64,000 nt of DNA from an uncultured Gemmatimonadaceae bacterium. Lineage in GTDB: Bacteria > Gemmatimonadota > Gemmatimonadetes > Gemmatimonadales > Gemmatimonadaceae. The notes below the pieces were generated by a model. That model was not told the DNA's origin and ran no database searches. It saw only the letters and a program-made list of their open reading frames with translations. Of this stretch, positions 55,159-64,000 are shown piece by piece. The stretch covers positions 1,472,001 to 1,536,000 of the forward strand of contig CAVXGK010000002.1 of NCBI GenBank assembly GCA_963761305.1, read 5' to 3'. Position numbers and translations under genes: made by a program. Within the stretch, counting starts at the first letter, position 1. Every line of letters begins with the position of its first letter.

Positions 55159-55851
55159 ATGGCCACCGGCTCGACGATGAGACTCGCAGCGAGAGCATCG
55201 CTGTCGCTCGCCGCCCTTGCGGTCGCGATGGGACTGTTGGTCTTCGTGCCCGCCGGTACCGTGCGTTACTGGCAAGGTTGGGTCTACCTCGCGGTGTTCT
55301 TCGGCGCTTCGCTGATAACGACGCTCGATCTCCTTCGTCGCGACCCGGCACTGCTCGAGCGCCGTATGAGCGGCGGCCCCACAGCCGAACAGCGCGGCAC
55401 GCAGAAAGTCGTCATGCTCGGCGCGTCGGCGGCCTTCATCGCGCTGCTCGTCGTCCCCGCGCTCGACCATCGCTTCGGCTGGTCCACCATTCCGCTCGGC
55501 GTCGTCGTGATCGGAGACGTTCTCGTCGCTGTCGGGTTCTTGTTCATCTTTCGTGTGTATCGTGAAAACACGTTTACATCCGCGACGATCGAGATTGCGC
55601 AGAACCAGACGGTCGTGTCGACGGGACCATACGCGATCGTCCGGCACCCGATGTACGCCAGCGCGATGTTGTACCTGATCGGGACTCCACTCGCGCTCGG
55701 TTCGTATTGGGGACTGTTGGCGGTGGCAGCGATGGTGCCGTTCCTGATTTGGCGGCTGTTCGACGAGGAACGGATGTTGGTGGCGAATCTGGCGGGGTAC
55801 GCGGAGTACAGACGGAAGGTGAGTTACCGGTTGATTCCGTACATCTGGTAG
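55159..55851 (+). CDS. isoprenylcysteine carboxyl methyltransferase/PEMT family membrane protein
   Basis: VVSTGPYAIVRHPMY, EE..L, GYAEY..KV.YRLIP. Confidence 0.88.
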   Translation: MATGSTMRLAARASLSLAALAVAMGLLVFVPAGTVRYWQGWVYLAVFFGASLITTLDLLRRDPALLERRMSGGPTAEQRGTQKVVMLGASAAFIALLVVPALDHRFGWSTIPLGVVVIGDVLVAVGFLFIFRVYRENTFTSATIEIAQNQTVVSTGPYAIVRHPMYASAMLYLIGTPLALGSYWGLLAVAAMVPFLIWRLFDEERMLVANLAGYAEYRRKVSYRLIPYIW

Positions 55852-55868
55852 CCTGCTCAGACGTCAGA

Positions 55869-55972
55869 CGGGTTGGCCGGCCACTCTGGGTTCGGTTGGC
55901 CGTTTGATGTGTCGGCTGCGCGCTCGACGTCTGACGTCCGACGTCCGATATCAGACGTCAGACCCTGCGTTG
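55869..55972 (-). repeat. ~105-bp dispersed repeat, copy C (inverted), with internal 7-bp units TC(T/C/A)GACG
   Basis: Reverse complement reads caacgcagggtctga...tcgagcgcgcagccg...gagtggccgg. Confidence 0.7.
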
Positions 55973-56000
55973 TACGTTGACGTGGGATCGGACCTGACCG

Positions 56001-56107
56001 GTCACGCCTGGTCTGATGTCGGATTTCTGAAGTCTGACGTCCGAGTTCGAGTCGGCAGCCGTACCAACCAGCCCAAGACAGACCTTAGAGTGGCCGCGAT
56101 CCAACCG
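56001..56107 (+). repeat. ~105-bp dispersed repeat, copy D
   Basis: gtcacgcctggtctgatgtcgg...tccgagttcgag...gagtggccgcgatcc. Confidence 0.75.
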
Positions 56108-56184
56108 CCGTCATTCGCCGGTCGTCACCCAACCATCGGGTCCCGATCGCTGTCTATCTCGTCGAGCCGCGACCCGAGACCATC

Positions 56185-58548
56185 ATGCACGACGCTCGTT
56201 ACGCCTTTCGCTCTCTTCGCAAACAGCCGGGCTTCACCGCCCTCGCGCTGATCACGCTCGCCCTCGGTATCGGCGCGACGACGACGGCGTTCGCGGTGCT
56301 CGACACCGTGCTGCTGCGCCCGTTGCCGTACGCCAATCCCGATCGACTCGTCTTGCTGCGAGAGAAGACGAGCACCGGTGCCGTGCAATCGGCGTCGTAT
56401 CCCAACTTCAACGACTGGCGCGCGCGCGCGCGGTCGTTCAGCGGTATCGCCTCGGAGCAGTTCCCACAGGCGTTCACCGTCGCCGTCGGGGCCAACGTCT
56501 CGCGCGCCGTCACCGTCGGCGTGTCGCGCGCCTTCTTCGCGATCCTCGGCGTGCCACCCATCGTCGGGCGCGAGTTCACGGCTGACGAGAACCGTCTGGG
56601 TGGATCGCCGGTGGTGATGGTCTCATATGACTTCTGGCAAACCCAGATGAACGGGCGCCAACCGCTCGGGACGATTCGGGTGGGCGGCGACGTCGCAATG
56701 GTGGTCGGCGTGGCGCGCCCCGGGTTCCGATTCATCGACGACGCCGACTTGTACTATCCGCACGAACAGTCGCCGGGCACCTGCCGCAGCTGCCGCAACT
56801 ATCGCGTCATCGGACGCTTGGCTCCAGGCACCACGATCGCATCCGCACACGCCGAGATGTCCACCTTGTCGCGCGCGTTGCTGGCGACGTACGGCACCGA
56901 GACGTCCGCCGTCGACGCCGACATCGCGCCGCTTCGCGACTACATTGTCGGCCGCTACTCGCTGACGTTCATCGTGGTGCTCGCCGCCGCGGCGCTCGTG
57001 CTGCTCGTCGCGTGCACGAACCTGGTGAGCGCGCAGCTCGCCCGCGGACTCTCGCGCGGGCGCGAGCTCGCGGTGCGCGCTGCTCTGGGCGCGCCGCGTG
57101 GACGACTCGTGCGACAGCTCTTCCTCGAGAGCGCTTTTCTCTCGGTTGCCGGCACCGCGCTCGGCGCCGTGCTGGCCGTGGTGTTCACGCACGTCGTGCG
57201 CCTGCTCGGCGTGGGGCTGGTCCCGCGGCTCGAAGAGCTGCACGTCGACACAGGAGTTCTCGCGTTCGCCGTCGCGCTCAGCGTGGCGACGTCGCTGCTC
57301 ATCGGCTTCTATCCCGCGCTTCGCTTGGCCGCCGGCGATCCGGGCTCGCTCCTCCACGGCGCGCGCGGCTCGAGCGGAACGGTTCGCGCGTCGGTCTGGC
57401 GAGTGCTCGTCGGATTCGAGGTTGCGACGGCCATGGTGCTACTCGTCGGATCGGCGCTGCTCGTACGCACGATGCGCAACATTCTCACGGCCGACACCGG
57501 ACTTCAGGTGCACGGGGTCGTCACCGCGTCGCTCGTGCCGGACGACACAATCGACATGGGCAAGCTCGCGCACCTCGGCGGTGAGCTGGCGAGTCTGCCC
57601 GGCGTGAGCGGCGTCGCGTTCGCGAATCACCTGCCACTCGACTGGGGCAGCACCGCTGGTCCGGTGCGTCGTACGACCGACCCGGTCGACCACGACTTTC
57701 CCGCGATGGCCGGATTTCGTCTCGTGTCGAGCGGCTACTTCGACGTCATGCGCCAACCGCTGTTGCGCGGTCGCGCATTCACCAACGCAGATCGCGACGG
57801 CGCGCCGATGGTCGCGATCGTCACTCCGGGCATCGCCAACGCGTTGTGGCCGGGGCGCAATCCGATCGGCGAGCGCATCATCACGAACTACTTGTGGAAT
57901 CAGGTGCTGACGGTGGCCGGTGTCGCGACCGAAGCATCCATTTGGAATTCGCCGCGCGGCGAGCAGAACGAGATCTACGTGCCGCTCGCCCAGCATCCGA
58001 CGCGCACCGAAGGCCGGCTCGTCGCGTTCGTGCGCACGATGCGCGACCCGGCCGCAACGATTCCGGCGATTCGCGCGCGCTTGCACGAGGTCGCACCGAT
58101 GATGCCCGCCAAACTCGCCACGCTCGATGAACGCGTCGCGCAGAGCGCCGCCGACCGCAAGTTCTCGATGGTCGCGCTCACGATCTTCGGCGGTATCGCA
58201 CTCATCCTCGCCGGCATCGGCATCTACGGCACCATGTCGTACACCGTCGCCGCGCGCACCCACGACATCGGCATCCGTCTCGCGCTCGGGGCGACGCCGT
58301 TCCAGATCCGGTCGGCCGAGTTGAGCGACGCGGGGTCGGTGGCGCTCGCCGGGATCGTCGTGGGCGTGAGCGTCGGTCTGTTCGCGACGCGATTCGTCGA
58401 AGCGAGCCTCTACGGCGTGAGCCGAGTCGATCCGCTAGCGTATCTCGCGGCGTCGGGAATCGTGTTCGTCGCGGCGCTCGTCGGGGCGTACGTTCCGTCG
58501 CGTCGATCCAGCCGGGTCGACCCGCTCCGGGCACTCCGCGCCGAGTAG
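56185..58548 (+). CDS. ADOP-family duplicated ABC permease (no prefix domain)
   Basis: LALGIGATTTAF, LVACTNL, DIGIRLALGA, VDPLRALRAE. Confidence 0.92.
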   Translation: MHDARYAFRSLRKQPGFTALALITLALGIGATTTAFAVLDTVLLRPLPYANPDRLVLLREKTSTGAVQSASYPNFNDWRARARSFSGIASEQFPQAFTVAVGANVSRAVTVGVSRAFFAILGVPPIVGREFTADENRLGGSPVVMVSYDFWQTQMNGRQPLGTIRVGGDVAMVVGVARPGFRFIDDADLYYPHEQSPGTCRSCRNYRVIGRLAPGTTIASAHAEMSTLSRALLATYGTETSAVDADIAPLRDYIVGRYSLTFIVVLAAAALVLLVACTNLVSAQLARGLSRGRELAVRAALGAPRGRLVRQLFLESAFLSVAGTALGAVLAVVFTHVVRLLGVGLVPRLEELHVDTGVLAFAVALSVATSLLIGFYPALRLAAGDPGSLLHGARGSSGTVRASVWRVLVGFEVATAMVLLVGSALLVRTMRNILTADTGLQVHGVVTASLVPDDTIDMGKLAHLGGELASLPGVSGVAFANHLPLDWGSTAGPVRRTTDPVDHDFPAMAGFRLVSSGYFDVMRQPLLRGRAFTNADRDGAPMVAIVTPGIANALWPGRNPIGERIITNYLWNQVLTVAGVATEASIWNSPRGEQNEIYVPLAQHPTRTEGRLVAFVRTMRDPAATIPAIRARLHEVAPMMPAKLATLDERVAQSAADRKFSMVALTIFGGIALILAGIGIYGTMSYTVAARTHDIGIRLALGATPFQIRSAELSDAGSVALAGIVVGVSVGLFATRFVEASLYGVSRVDPLAYLAASGIVFVAALVGAYVPSRRSSRVDPLRALRAE

Positions 58549-58602
58549 CCCGGCGAGGGCGAGAAACTTTGAGCCGGCGTTTGCCGTCATGGACGGCGAC
58601 GC

Positions 58603-59286
58603 ATGAACACAGACGCCGTTCGCTCAATCGTCACCTACGCGCTCGCCCTGGGCGCGGGGTTTGCCTTCGCGCGACAATGCCGCAAGCCCAGGTGGTTCCT
58701 GGGCCGGCTGGTGCTCGCGCAAATGAACGCCGGTCACGCGGGGCTCACCGCGTGGGGTCTCAGCCACCTACGGATCGAAAAGACTTCGAGAGTGCTCGAC
58801 GTCGGCTGCGGCGGCGGCAAAACGATCGCCGCCCTCTCGGGGATGGCCACGAGCGGCAAAATCTCCGGCATCGACTATTCGGCCGCGAGCGTCGCGGCGT
58901 CTCGCCGACTCAACGCGGCGCGCATTTCCGAGGGTCGCGTCGACGTCCAGCAGGCGTCCGTATCGAACCTTCCATTTCCGCCGGAGACCTTCGACATCGT
59001 CAGCGGCATCGAGACGCACTACTACTGGCCGAATTTGTCGAGCGACGTGAAGGAGATTCTCCGCGTCTTGAAGCCGGGCGGGACGTTGATGATCCTCGCC
59101 GAGACGTACAAAGGACGATCATATGATTGGCTTTTTCGTCCGGTGATGACCGGACTGCTCGGCGCGACGTACCTGACCGTCGACGAACATCGCGAACTGT
59201 TGTCGGCAGCCGGTTTTGCCGACGTGCAAGTCTCGGTCGAGCGCGACAAGGGCTGGATTTGCGCCGTGGGCCGCCGGCCGGCGTAG
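58603..59286 (+). CDS. class I SAM-dependent methyltransferase
   Basis: VLDVGCGGG, GIDYS, LPF..ETFD, RVLKPGG. Confidence 0.92.
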   Translation: MNTDAVRSIVTYALALGAGFAFARQCRKPRWFLGRLVLAQMNAGHAGLTAWGLSHLRIEKTSRVLDVGCGGGKTIAALSGMATSGKISGIDYSAASVAASRRLNAARISEGRVDVQQASVSNLPFPPETFDIVSGIETHYYWPNLSSDVKEILRVLKPGGTLMILAETYKGRSYDWLFRPVMTGLLGATYLTVDEHRELLSAAGFADVQVSVERDKGWICAVGRRPA

Positions 59287-59301
59287 CGCCGAGGCGTTGC
59301 G

Positions 59302-59985
59302 CTACTCGTCCGGCGGTCGGCTAGCTCTCGCGTCGAGCGTTCGCACGACCGCCGCGCTGCGCGTGCGCATGGCGGCATCCGGCGCCGTTCCGCTGGCGAT
59401 GTCCTGCTCGACCGCCAGCCGCATGTTCGCGAACTCCGCGTCGGGAGCGCGACGCGCCAGTAGCGGCTCGAGCGACGACACAGCGACGTCGGCCGAGACG
59501 CGGCGCGCGACGAGATCCGCGAGCACGACGAGCGGCATCACGAGACGATCCGGTTTCGGCGCGCTGGCACCTGCACGATCGCACCCGATCAGTGCCACGT
59601 GGCCAAGCTGACCGGGAGTCACTCCCGCGTGCAACGCGCTGGCCGCCGCGACGGTCTCGGCGCTCCCTGCGCACCCTTTCAGCGTGCTTCGGGCGACGTC
59701 CAACTCTCCGAGCAGTCGGCGCACTGCGTCGACGATGCGCGTGCTGTCGGCGCCCTTGAGCGCACCCTCGGCCGCCTTTGAGAACAACGGCTCGGCTGGA
59801 AGACCGCGCGCGCGCGCCGAATCGGCGAGTCGATTGACGGCCGCCTCGACGCCTGCGGGCAGTCGCGGCGTCACCGACACGGCGGATGGCACGCTCTGCG
59901 CGCGAGCGATAGTCGGAATCGCCACGAACAACGCCGCGCTCGCCAGTCCAACTCGATTCATTTCGAATACCGAGCGCCATCGCAT
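59302..59985 (-). CDS. exported alpha-helical hypothetical protein
   Basis: Signal peptide; ARGLPAEPLFSKAAEG..KG; coupled to the upstream gene. Confidence 0.65.
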   Translation of the reverse strand: MRWRSVFEMNRVGLASAALFVAIPTIARAQSVPSAVSVTPRLPAGVEAAVNRLADSARARGLPAEPLFSKAAEGALKGADSTRIVDAVRRLLGELDVARSTLKGCAGSAETVAAASALHAGVTPGQLGHVALIGCDRAGASAPKPDRLVMPLVVLADLVARRVSADVAVSSLEPLLARRAPDAEFANMRLAVEQDIASGTAPDAAMRTRSAAVVRTLDARASRPPDE

Positions 59986-60500
59986 CAGTCGCTCCCTTTT
60001 CCTGGTTCGGGCACCACGATCACGGAGCCTGGAACGCCGAAGTCATCTTCCACCGCGCGCGGCGCGGCCGCGTCGGCGCGCAACGCGCCATCGATCGAGA
60101 AGGCGAACACGTGGCGACCCGGTTGGAGACGGACGTCGACGATCCATACATCGCTCGATCCGCGACGCATCGGCACCGCGGACGGATTCCAGCCGTCGAA
60201 GTCGCCGACGAGCGATACCTGTTTCGCGCTCGGCGCCGACACGGCAAAACGCACCTTGTCCGCGCCTTGTCTTGCGGTCAGCTGCTCGATGCCGACCGCC
60301 CCGCACAGCGCCGCGGCGATTCCAACCGGCAGCCATACACGGACGAGCGACCGCCGAGGCCGCGGAGTCGACGCGACCTGTGCGAGCAGATCGTCGCGCC
60401 ATGCGGCGCGCACGGGCTCCGGTCGCTGCAAGACTCTCGCGGCGCGCTCGACCACCGGATCCATCGATTCCTCCGCTTCGTTCGATCTATGATCGGTCAT
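59985..60500 (-). CDS. putative anti-sigma factor: single TM + CBM48/AMPK-beta-like glycogen-binding domain
   Basis: TM helix then APSAKQVSLVGDFDGW, W...L.PGRH.FAF.IDG, DDFG..S. Confidence 0.75.
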   Translation of the reverse strand: MTDHRSNEAEESMDPVVERAARVLQRPEPVRAAWRDDLLAQVASTPRPRRSLVRVWLPVGIAAALCGAVGIEQLTARQGADKVRFAVSAPSAKQVSLVGDFDGWNPSAVPMRRGSSDVWIVDVRLQPGRHVFAFSIDGALRADAAAPRAVEDDFGVPGSVIVVPEPGKGSD

Positions 60501-61035
60501 CGATTCTCGCTCCTTCCTCGAGCAGGATCTTGAGGCGTTCGCACGCCCGCTTCACCCGCATCTTGAGCGCCGACACTCCGGCACCCGTGGCCTTGGCCAT
60601 CTCTTCGTAACTCAACTCTTCAACGTGCCGAAGCAGGAACGCTTCGCGCTGTTCAGCCGGAAGCGCGGCCATCGCCCATTCGATCTCATCGCGAAGCTCG
60701 TACGCTCGTCCATCGTCGGCCACGAACGAAACCGCCAGCGCGTCCGCATCAGCCACGACGCGACGCTCGCGCCGAACACGTTGACCCATGAGAGTCCGGC
60801 ATCGATTGATGAGAATCGCGAACAACCACGTGCGAAACGGAAGCCGTGCGTCGTACGCCGCCAGCGCCCGGTGCGCGCGCAGAAACGATTCCTGCGCCGC
60901 GTCCTCGGCGTCGGCCCGGTCGCCCAACATGCGCGTCGCGTACCGCAGACACGCGGGCGCGTGACGATCGACCAGCTCGGTGAAGGCTCGTGTGTCGCCA
61001 TCGAGAGTACTCCGCACCAATTCGGCATCCGTCAT
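60487..61035 (-). CDS. ECF RNA polymerase sigma factor
   Basis: From ATG 61035: AFTELV, AEDAAQE.F, FRTWL..I..N, LP..QRE.F.L, LSYEE.A. Confidence 0.92.
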   Translation of the reverse strand: MTDAELVRSTLDGDTRAFTELVDRHAPACLRYATRMLGDRADAEDAAQESFLRAHRALAAYDARLPFRTWLFAILINRCRTLMGQRVRRERRVVADADALAVSFVADDGRAYELRDEIEWAMAALPAEQREAFLLRHVEELSYEEMAKATGAGVSALKMRVKRACERLKILLEEGARIDDRS

Positions 61036-61070
61036 TCCGATTGGTGGTACCTCACTAGAGCGGCCGAGCG

Positions 61071-62108
61071 TCACTGGACGACGAATATTCCCACCTCGCC
61101 GGCGAAATCGTCGTCGACCGGCGTGAGGCCTGGCGGTGCCAGCCACCGGCCGCCGTCGACGCGAATGTTGGCGTGATGCAGCCCGGCCGCGGCCGGCAGC
61201 TCCACGATCCAACCGTCGACCGTGCGCTGCATCGACACCGGCTTCCATTGGGTGCAATCCGACGCGAATTCCACGGCGTCGGCGCCCGATACACGAATCG
61301 TGATGCGAATTCGGCCCGGCGCGCTCGCCGAGACGACGAACGCTCGCGGCGCCGTCGTCGACCTCGGCCGTTCGCTCGATCCGTGCGAGAAGATCGCCGC
61401 GTTGAAGCCGAAGCCGAGGGTCACGGTGCCTCGTCCAATCTGTTGATTGCCCGCGGAGACGAACCGCGACGCCGTCGCGGCGCCGAGCAACAACGATGCG
61501 CCGGGGCCAAGTTCCGCACCGAGCTGCAAGCCGCCCCACAGGCCGGCGCCCTGCTGCGCGACTGCTACGCGTCCGGCGAGCGCGGTGACCCACCAGCGGT
61601 CCTCTCGCCACGTGAGTCGTGTCTCGGCGGACGACCACCGCGTCGCGTCCGATGCCGACGTGTCGAACACCGCGACATCTGACGTATCGGCGTGGAGGCG
61701 CTGAAGCGAGTCGCGCGTGAAAGTCACTTGCTGAACCAGTCGTGGAGCCTTGAACTGGCGCGAAACGTTCGTTCCAGCACCGATGCGCGTCGCAACGTCG
61801 ATGTGGTTCCATGCGTACGACAGGCCGTACTGCATTGCCGACCGCGGCCCGGCGATCGCGATGCGCAACGGACCGACGACCTGCGCATCGAGCCCGAACG
61901 ACGGCGCTACGTCGCAACCGACGTGCGAGCATTGAACGGCGCTGCCGAAAACGCCAAGCGCGGAATGCGCCGACTCGGCGCCGCTCGGCCAGAGCTGCGC
62001 TACCGGGTTGAACACGGCTTGCGCGTTCGACGCGGTGGGCCATGCGCTCGCCAGAACCACGATCCCACGCGACGCGCGGCGGCTCCAACGATTCACGAAA
62101 GGTTTCAA
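61071..62108 (-). CDS. exported protein with beta-rich region and C-terminal CBM48-like domain
   Basis: TTG start after GAGGAG; signal peptide; ADAVEFASDCTQW, NIRVDGG.W..PPG..VDDDF. Confidence 0.65.
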   Translation of the reverse strand: MKPFVNRWSRRASRGIVVLASAWPTASNAQAVFNPVAQLWPSGAESAHSALGVFGSAVQCSHVGCDVAPSFGLDAQVVGPLRIAIAGPRSAMQYGLSYAWNHIDVATRIGAGTNVSRQFKAPRLVQQVTFTRDSLQRLHADTSDVAVFDTSASDATRWSSAETRLTWREDRWWVTALAGRVAVAQQGAGLWGGLQLGAELGPGASLLLGAATASRFVSAGNQQIGRGTVTLGFGFNAAIFSHGSSERPRSTTAPRAFVVSASAPGRIRITIRVSGADAVEFASDCTQWKPVSMQRTVDGWIVELPAAAGLHHANIRVDGGRWLAPPGLTPVDDDFAGEVGIFVVQ

Positions 62109-62240
62109 GACACGCTCCTCGCTACGCCGTATACCCAGGCATTCCGCAAGAAAGTCACATCCGCGCTGCGGTGACTCCGGCTGACGGGCCGAGGTATCAC
62201 TCGGCGTCGTCGATGCAACCATCTCACTGCCGGAGGAAGT

Positions 62241-62819
62241 ATGAATCGTGTTGTGACGAGCCGGGCCGCGACGTTGATGACCGCGGCGCTTGTCGTGATC
62301 ATCGCGGCCTGCAGCGACAGCGGCTCGCAGGCCAACCTCACCGGACCGAACCCCAGCGTCTCGACGGGAAGCCCCGGCGATTCGGGCAAGACCGGGACGG
62401 GCAATCCCGGCAGTCCACCGGCAGGACACCCCGACACCAACACTACCAGTACGCCGGCGCCGAAGCCCGTCGCGAGTTTTACGATGCTCGTACATGTCGG
62501 GTCAGTGCTTCCGGGCGCCGCCGATACATTGACGACGAATCCGATTCCTGGCGCAACGGTCTCGATCTTTCAGCAAACGTTCGTGCCGGGCAATCCGCCG
62601 GGCGGGGGCGCCGACACGCTCAACACAGTGCAGACGCTGGTCGCGTCGGGCGTCGTGGACGCGAGCGGCAATTTCAGCGCGCCGAATCTCAAGGGCGCGG
62701 CGGTGTACGTGATCAAGGTCGCCCCGCCCGCGGGCAGCACCTACCAGCCGGCGACGACGTACATCAATGAGGCGTTCGCCGATCTGGTGAAGATCTCGGT
62801 CACGCTGTTCGGGAAATGA
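62241..62819 (+). CDS. lipoprotein, hypothetical
   Basis: Lipobox IAAC, Pro/Gly/Thr linker, beta-sandwich-like C-terminus. Confidence 0.7.
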   Translation: MNRVVTSRAATLMTAALVVIIAACSDSGSQANLTGPNPSVSTGSPGDSGKTGTGNPGSPPAGHPDTNTTSTPAPKPVASFTMLVHVGSVLPGAADTLTTNPIPGATVSIFQQTFVPGNPPGGGADTLNTVQTLVASGVVDASGNFSAPNLKGAAVYVIKVAPPAGSTYQPATTYINEAFADLVKISVTLFGK

Positions 62820-62887
62820 GCGGGGCTTGACGGCATCGCTGTCAGGCCGTCATGCTGTCGGGCAGCCAGCTCACTCCCGGAGTCCGC

Positions 62888-63154
62888 GTGATCTTCATGA
62901 TCGTCGAGCACTATCTAGACGGCGACCCCAAGCCCGTGTACGACCGATTCCGCAAACGCGGCCGCCTCGCGCCGGACGGTTTGCGATACGTCAACAGTTG
63001 GGTGACACCGGATCTCGCCCGCTGTTACCAGGTCATGGAGTGCGACGATCGCGCGCTGCTCGACGAGTGGATTCGCGCGTGGGAGGACATCGTCGAATTC
63101 GAGATCCATCCCGTCATCAGCTCGGCCGAAGCGGCGGCTCGAGTGCCGGCGTAA
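62888..63154 (+). CDS. DUF3303-like small protein
   Basis: FMIVEHY, RGR..PDGL.YV.SWV, CYQVME, W.DIVEFEI.PV. Confidence 0.75.
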   Translation: MIFMIVEHYLDGDPKPVYDRFRKRGRLAPDGLRYVNSWVTPDLARCYQVMECDDRALLDEWIRAWEDIVEFEIHPVISSAEAAARVPA

Positions 63155-63178
63155 GGCCGAGCCGGCAGGCCCTGGCGC

Positions 63179-63207
63179 TTGACTGGCTCCCCTCGCGCGC
63201 CTAGCGT
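63179..63207 (+). promoter_or_regulatory. sigma70-like promoter of the ankyrin gene
   Basis: TTGACT-N17-TAGCGT. Confidence 0.6.
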
Positions 63208-63213
63208 GCGACG

Positions 63214-63342
63214 CAGCGCGAGGGGCGCATCCAGTCCGCGGAAAGGGCCATGCCCACCCGTCAGTTCGACAATCGAGAGTCTACGAACTCCTTCACGCCT
63301 GACACGAGCGGACTCCAGGCGAACTCTTGAAAGGAGCTTCGT
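63214..63342 (+). ncRNA. candidate structured cis-regulatory leader RNA
   Basis: Several complementary blocks, including a pseudoknot and an SD-sequestering hairpin (see findings). Confidence 0.45.
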
Positions 63343-64000
63343 ATGGATACGCTGCCGCTTCCGCCGTCGCCCAGTCTCGAGCAGTACAGAAAACGGGCGA
63401 AGGCCCTCGCCACCGCTGCCGAATCGAGCGACCCGTCCGCCGTCCGCGAATGGGCGCGCGGGTGGCTCGAGTCGCTGGCCAAGTCGCTCGGCGCGGAGAT
63501 GTCACCATTCGTGCGTGACAGCATCGATCGCGCCGGCGCGCACATTCAACGGCGCGTTTTGGAGCTCAGCGACGGACGCGCGTCGAAGCCGTTTACACTC
63601 GCTGACGCGCAGTATCTCATCGCCGAAGCGCACAGCTTCGACAGTTGGAGTGCGTTCGCCGCACACGTCGAAGAAGCCGAGGGCACACGAGCGCCGCAGG
63701 ATGATTTCGAGAGAGCCGCCGACGCGGTCGTCAACGGCGATTTGCCGGCGCTTCAGTCGCTGGTTCGCGCGCATCCCGACCTGACACGCGCGCGGGCGAA
63801 GCGCGTCCACCACGCGACGCTGCTCCACTACGTCGCCGCGAACGGCGTCGAGGACTTCCGGCAAACGACGCCGAAGAACGCCGTAGCGATCGCGCGGTTT
63901 CTGTTGGAATCCGGCGCGGAGCCAGACGCGTTCGCCGACACGTATGACGGCGGATATTGGCAAACGACCATGAATCTGCTCGTTTCGAGCGCGCATCCGG
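63343..64000 (+). CDS. ankyrin-repeat protein with N-terminal LPxxPxLEQ..K.AK domain (runs off window end)
   Basis: Manual translation MDTLPLPPSPSLEQYRKRAKAL..LADAQYLIAEAHSFDSW..AVVNGDL..TLLHYVA..LLESGAEPD; SD AAGGAG. Confidence 0.85.
   Translation, partial: MDTLPLPPSPSLEQYRKRAKALATAAESSDPSAVREWARGWLESLAKSLGAEMSPFVRDSIDRAGAHIQRRVLELSDGRASKPFTLADAQYLIAEAHSFDSWSAFAAHVEEAEGTRAPQDDFERAADAVVNGDLPALQSLVRAHPDLTRARAKRVHHATLLHYVAANGVEDFRQTTPKNAVAIARFLLESGAEPDAFADTYDGGYWQTTMNLLVSSAHP

Noticed and set aside
63181..63236. Long hairpin GACTGG..CCCCTCGCGC/GCGCGAGGGG..CCAGTC as part of the ankyrin leader
   Set aside because: Its 5' arm lies within the predicted promoter, so it would form only in read-through transcripts; it may be a terminator for the upstream gene.

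Overview
High-GC bacterial chromosomal window. The gene content (PadR/ADOP permease pairs, a Ser/Thr kinase-TPR protein, a DUF5916-type protein) suggests Gemmatimonadota; this is an inference. About 1-33 kb is mostly housekeeping: glyA, rpiB, a leucine/acyl-CoA catabolic cluster, bioY, thrS, valS, selA, purN, purH and ftsEX-envC. About 33-64 kb is accessory: exported hydrolases, a kinase, ADOP permeases, an ECF sigma/CBM48 module and an ankyrin gene. I saw no rRNA, tRNA, CRISPR array or transposase. The intergenic DNA is unusually rich in structured repeats. The strongest novel candidate is a four-helix-bundle (23S-IVS/Avd-like) gene bracketed by inverted arrays of a 16-bp unit (41459-42173), with a gene-less twin of the same inverted arrays at 37127-37525. 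Other candidates are a pseudoknotted, SD-sequestering leader upstream of the ankyrin gene, a ~105-bp dispersed repeat heading accessory gene units, a STAS-GHKL/STAS-wHTH pair in the purine cluster, a sigma/anti-sigma module with glucan-binding domains, and an exported fusion of a dead and a live M42 peptidase domain. All calls come from reading motifs by eye; no database search was run.
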